Positions 62,790 to 64,000 of a stretch of 64,000 bases of DNA are shown here, one piece after another. Origin of the DNA: Yuukianura sp. NJ FZ-2021 (Eukaryota); the NCBI GenBank assembly GCA_046563655.1, contig CM102286.1, forward strand, positions 3,906,001-3,970,000. Direction: 5' to 3'. The notes beneath the pieces are model-generated. The model ran no database searches, had not been told where the DNA came from, and worked only from the letters and a program-made list of their open reading frames with translations. The number at the start of each line of letters is the position of its first letter. The first letter of the stretch is position 1. The translations under genes and the position numbers were made by a program.

Positions 62790-64000
62790 TGGCACTTTTA
62801 GATTTTGAATGAAGCATTTATGCTCGTGCTTAAATTTAGAATGCGTGTGGATTTCAAAATTAGCTTTACACTTATAGCAACTAGCAAGTTAGCTTAACAA
62901 TTTCAAATTATTTCAAAACTTCGTTATTACTCCAATTCCAAGTCTTCCAAATTTTTCAAAGTAACTTTAACTTGATAGTCAGTACAAAACGTGTTAAGCA
63001 TATCTTTAGTGTGATTTACAAAATACATCATGTAAATAAACTGTCTTTGACGTTTGTGTGAATCATGGTTGTTTTTTCCACGTTTTTTTTTTCAGATTTC
63101 GAAATTTTCCAGATTACTAACAATTTGTCATCGCTCGGAGAAGAGCAACAACAAAAACTTAAATTACGTAAGACACAATTAAAACTCAAATCACCACATT
63201 GTTCAGGTTTTATTGAATAAAATTACAAACTGGAACACGGCGGTTGACTGCAGGCGTTTTTATGTTCTTTAAAAAAATCAAAACCAAAATCCGAAAATGA
63301 AGCAGTTGACCTCGAATTTTAAAATTTTCCTTTCTATTTGCCCTATGAAATCACTCCATTTGACACTTTTGTACTTCCACACTTTTACACAGCACATGGC
63401 AACACGAACAGGTTTTTGAAAAAAAAATTTTTTAGGCGTACTAAACTAGTCGGTGAGTTTCTTTTGAAATATAAACGCCGCTTAGTCGTTTATTTTCGAT
63501 TTCTTTAAATGAAAAAAAAAATCTTTTCAACGAAAATTAAGTAAAGTTGTCCAGATTTTAAGTTTTTTTAAACAACAAAAGTCGTAAAATGACTACGTCT
63601 TTTTTAAGTCCGGTTCACCTAAGCTACGTCTTTTGTCAAAAAAAATTACTCGTGGCTAAAAAAAAACTGAAAGCGACATCATTTGCTTTTGCCAACATTT
63701 TCGAAATTTCAATTTGTTAGCTATGCAAAACTTGTTAGTCAAGATTTTATCGATCTCTCTCATTAAGTTGCAATTAAAACTGCAATTTTTGTTGATTCTC
63801 TTTCACTAATTAAAGTTTGACCCACTGTAGGTCAGGGTTAAGATGATTTACCTCAACCTATTGTTCATGTTTCAACGGTTTACCGCTACTAATAGCTTTT
63901 AGCGGTTCGGACGACATCCGTTGAGCGATAACCATCATGATTTGCGGTTTATGTCTAAAGGTAGCTTAAGTTTCCACTGCAAATGCGCTTGTGGTGAGGT

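Overview
AT-rich, gene-dense eukaryotic DNA with short (about 60-110 nt) spliceosomal introns. Gene content suggests an arthropod, possibly a springtail (Collembola); this is inference only. About 21 protein-coding genes could be assembled by hand. Recognisable genes: an R&R cuticle protein, Mipp-type histidine phosphatase, ADCY5/6-like adenylate cyclase, ELOVL, ALDH3, a canonical gustatory receptor, a GH16 glucan-binding protein, a SEC14/CRAL-TRIO protein, STRAP and a LAMP-family gene. Less familiar genes: three divergent 7TM chemoreceptor-like genes, two tandem Cys-rich secreted proteins, a secreted DOMON protein, a giant J-domain protein, a diapausin-like peptide missed by the ORF track, and several unknown proteins. 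Non-autonomous DNA transposons include a Helentron/DINE-like insert, two MITEs with 9-bp TSDs, and a nested Kolobok-like/piggyBac-like insertion with a higher-order 15-bp minisatellite in an ALDH intron. No rRNA, tRNA or CRISPR array was seen. Best leads: the gustatory receptor with a His- and RG-repeat N-terminus, the atypical chemoreceptor family, the HHD J-domain giant, the signal-peptide-bearing SEC14, and a possible antifungal group (acid/base-deficient GH16 plus diapausin-like peptide). All exon models are manual predictions and no database search was run.
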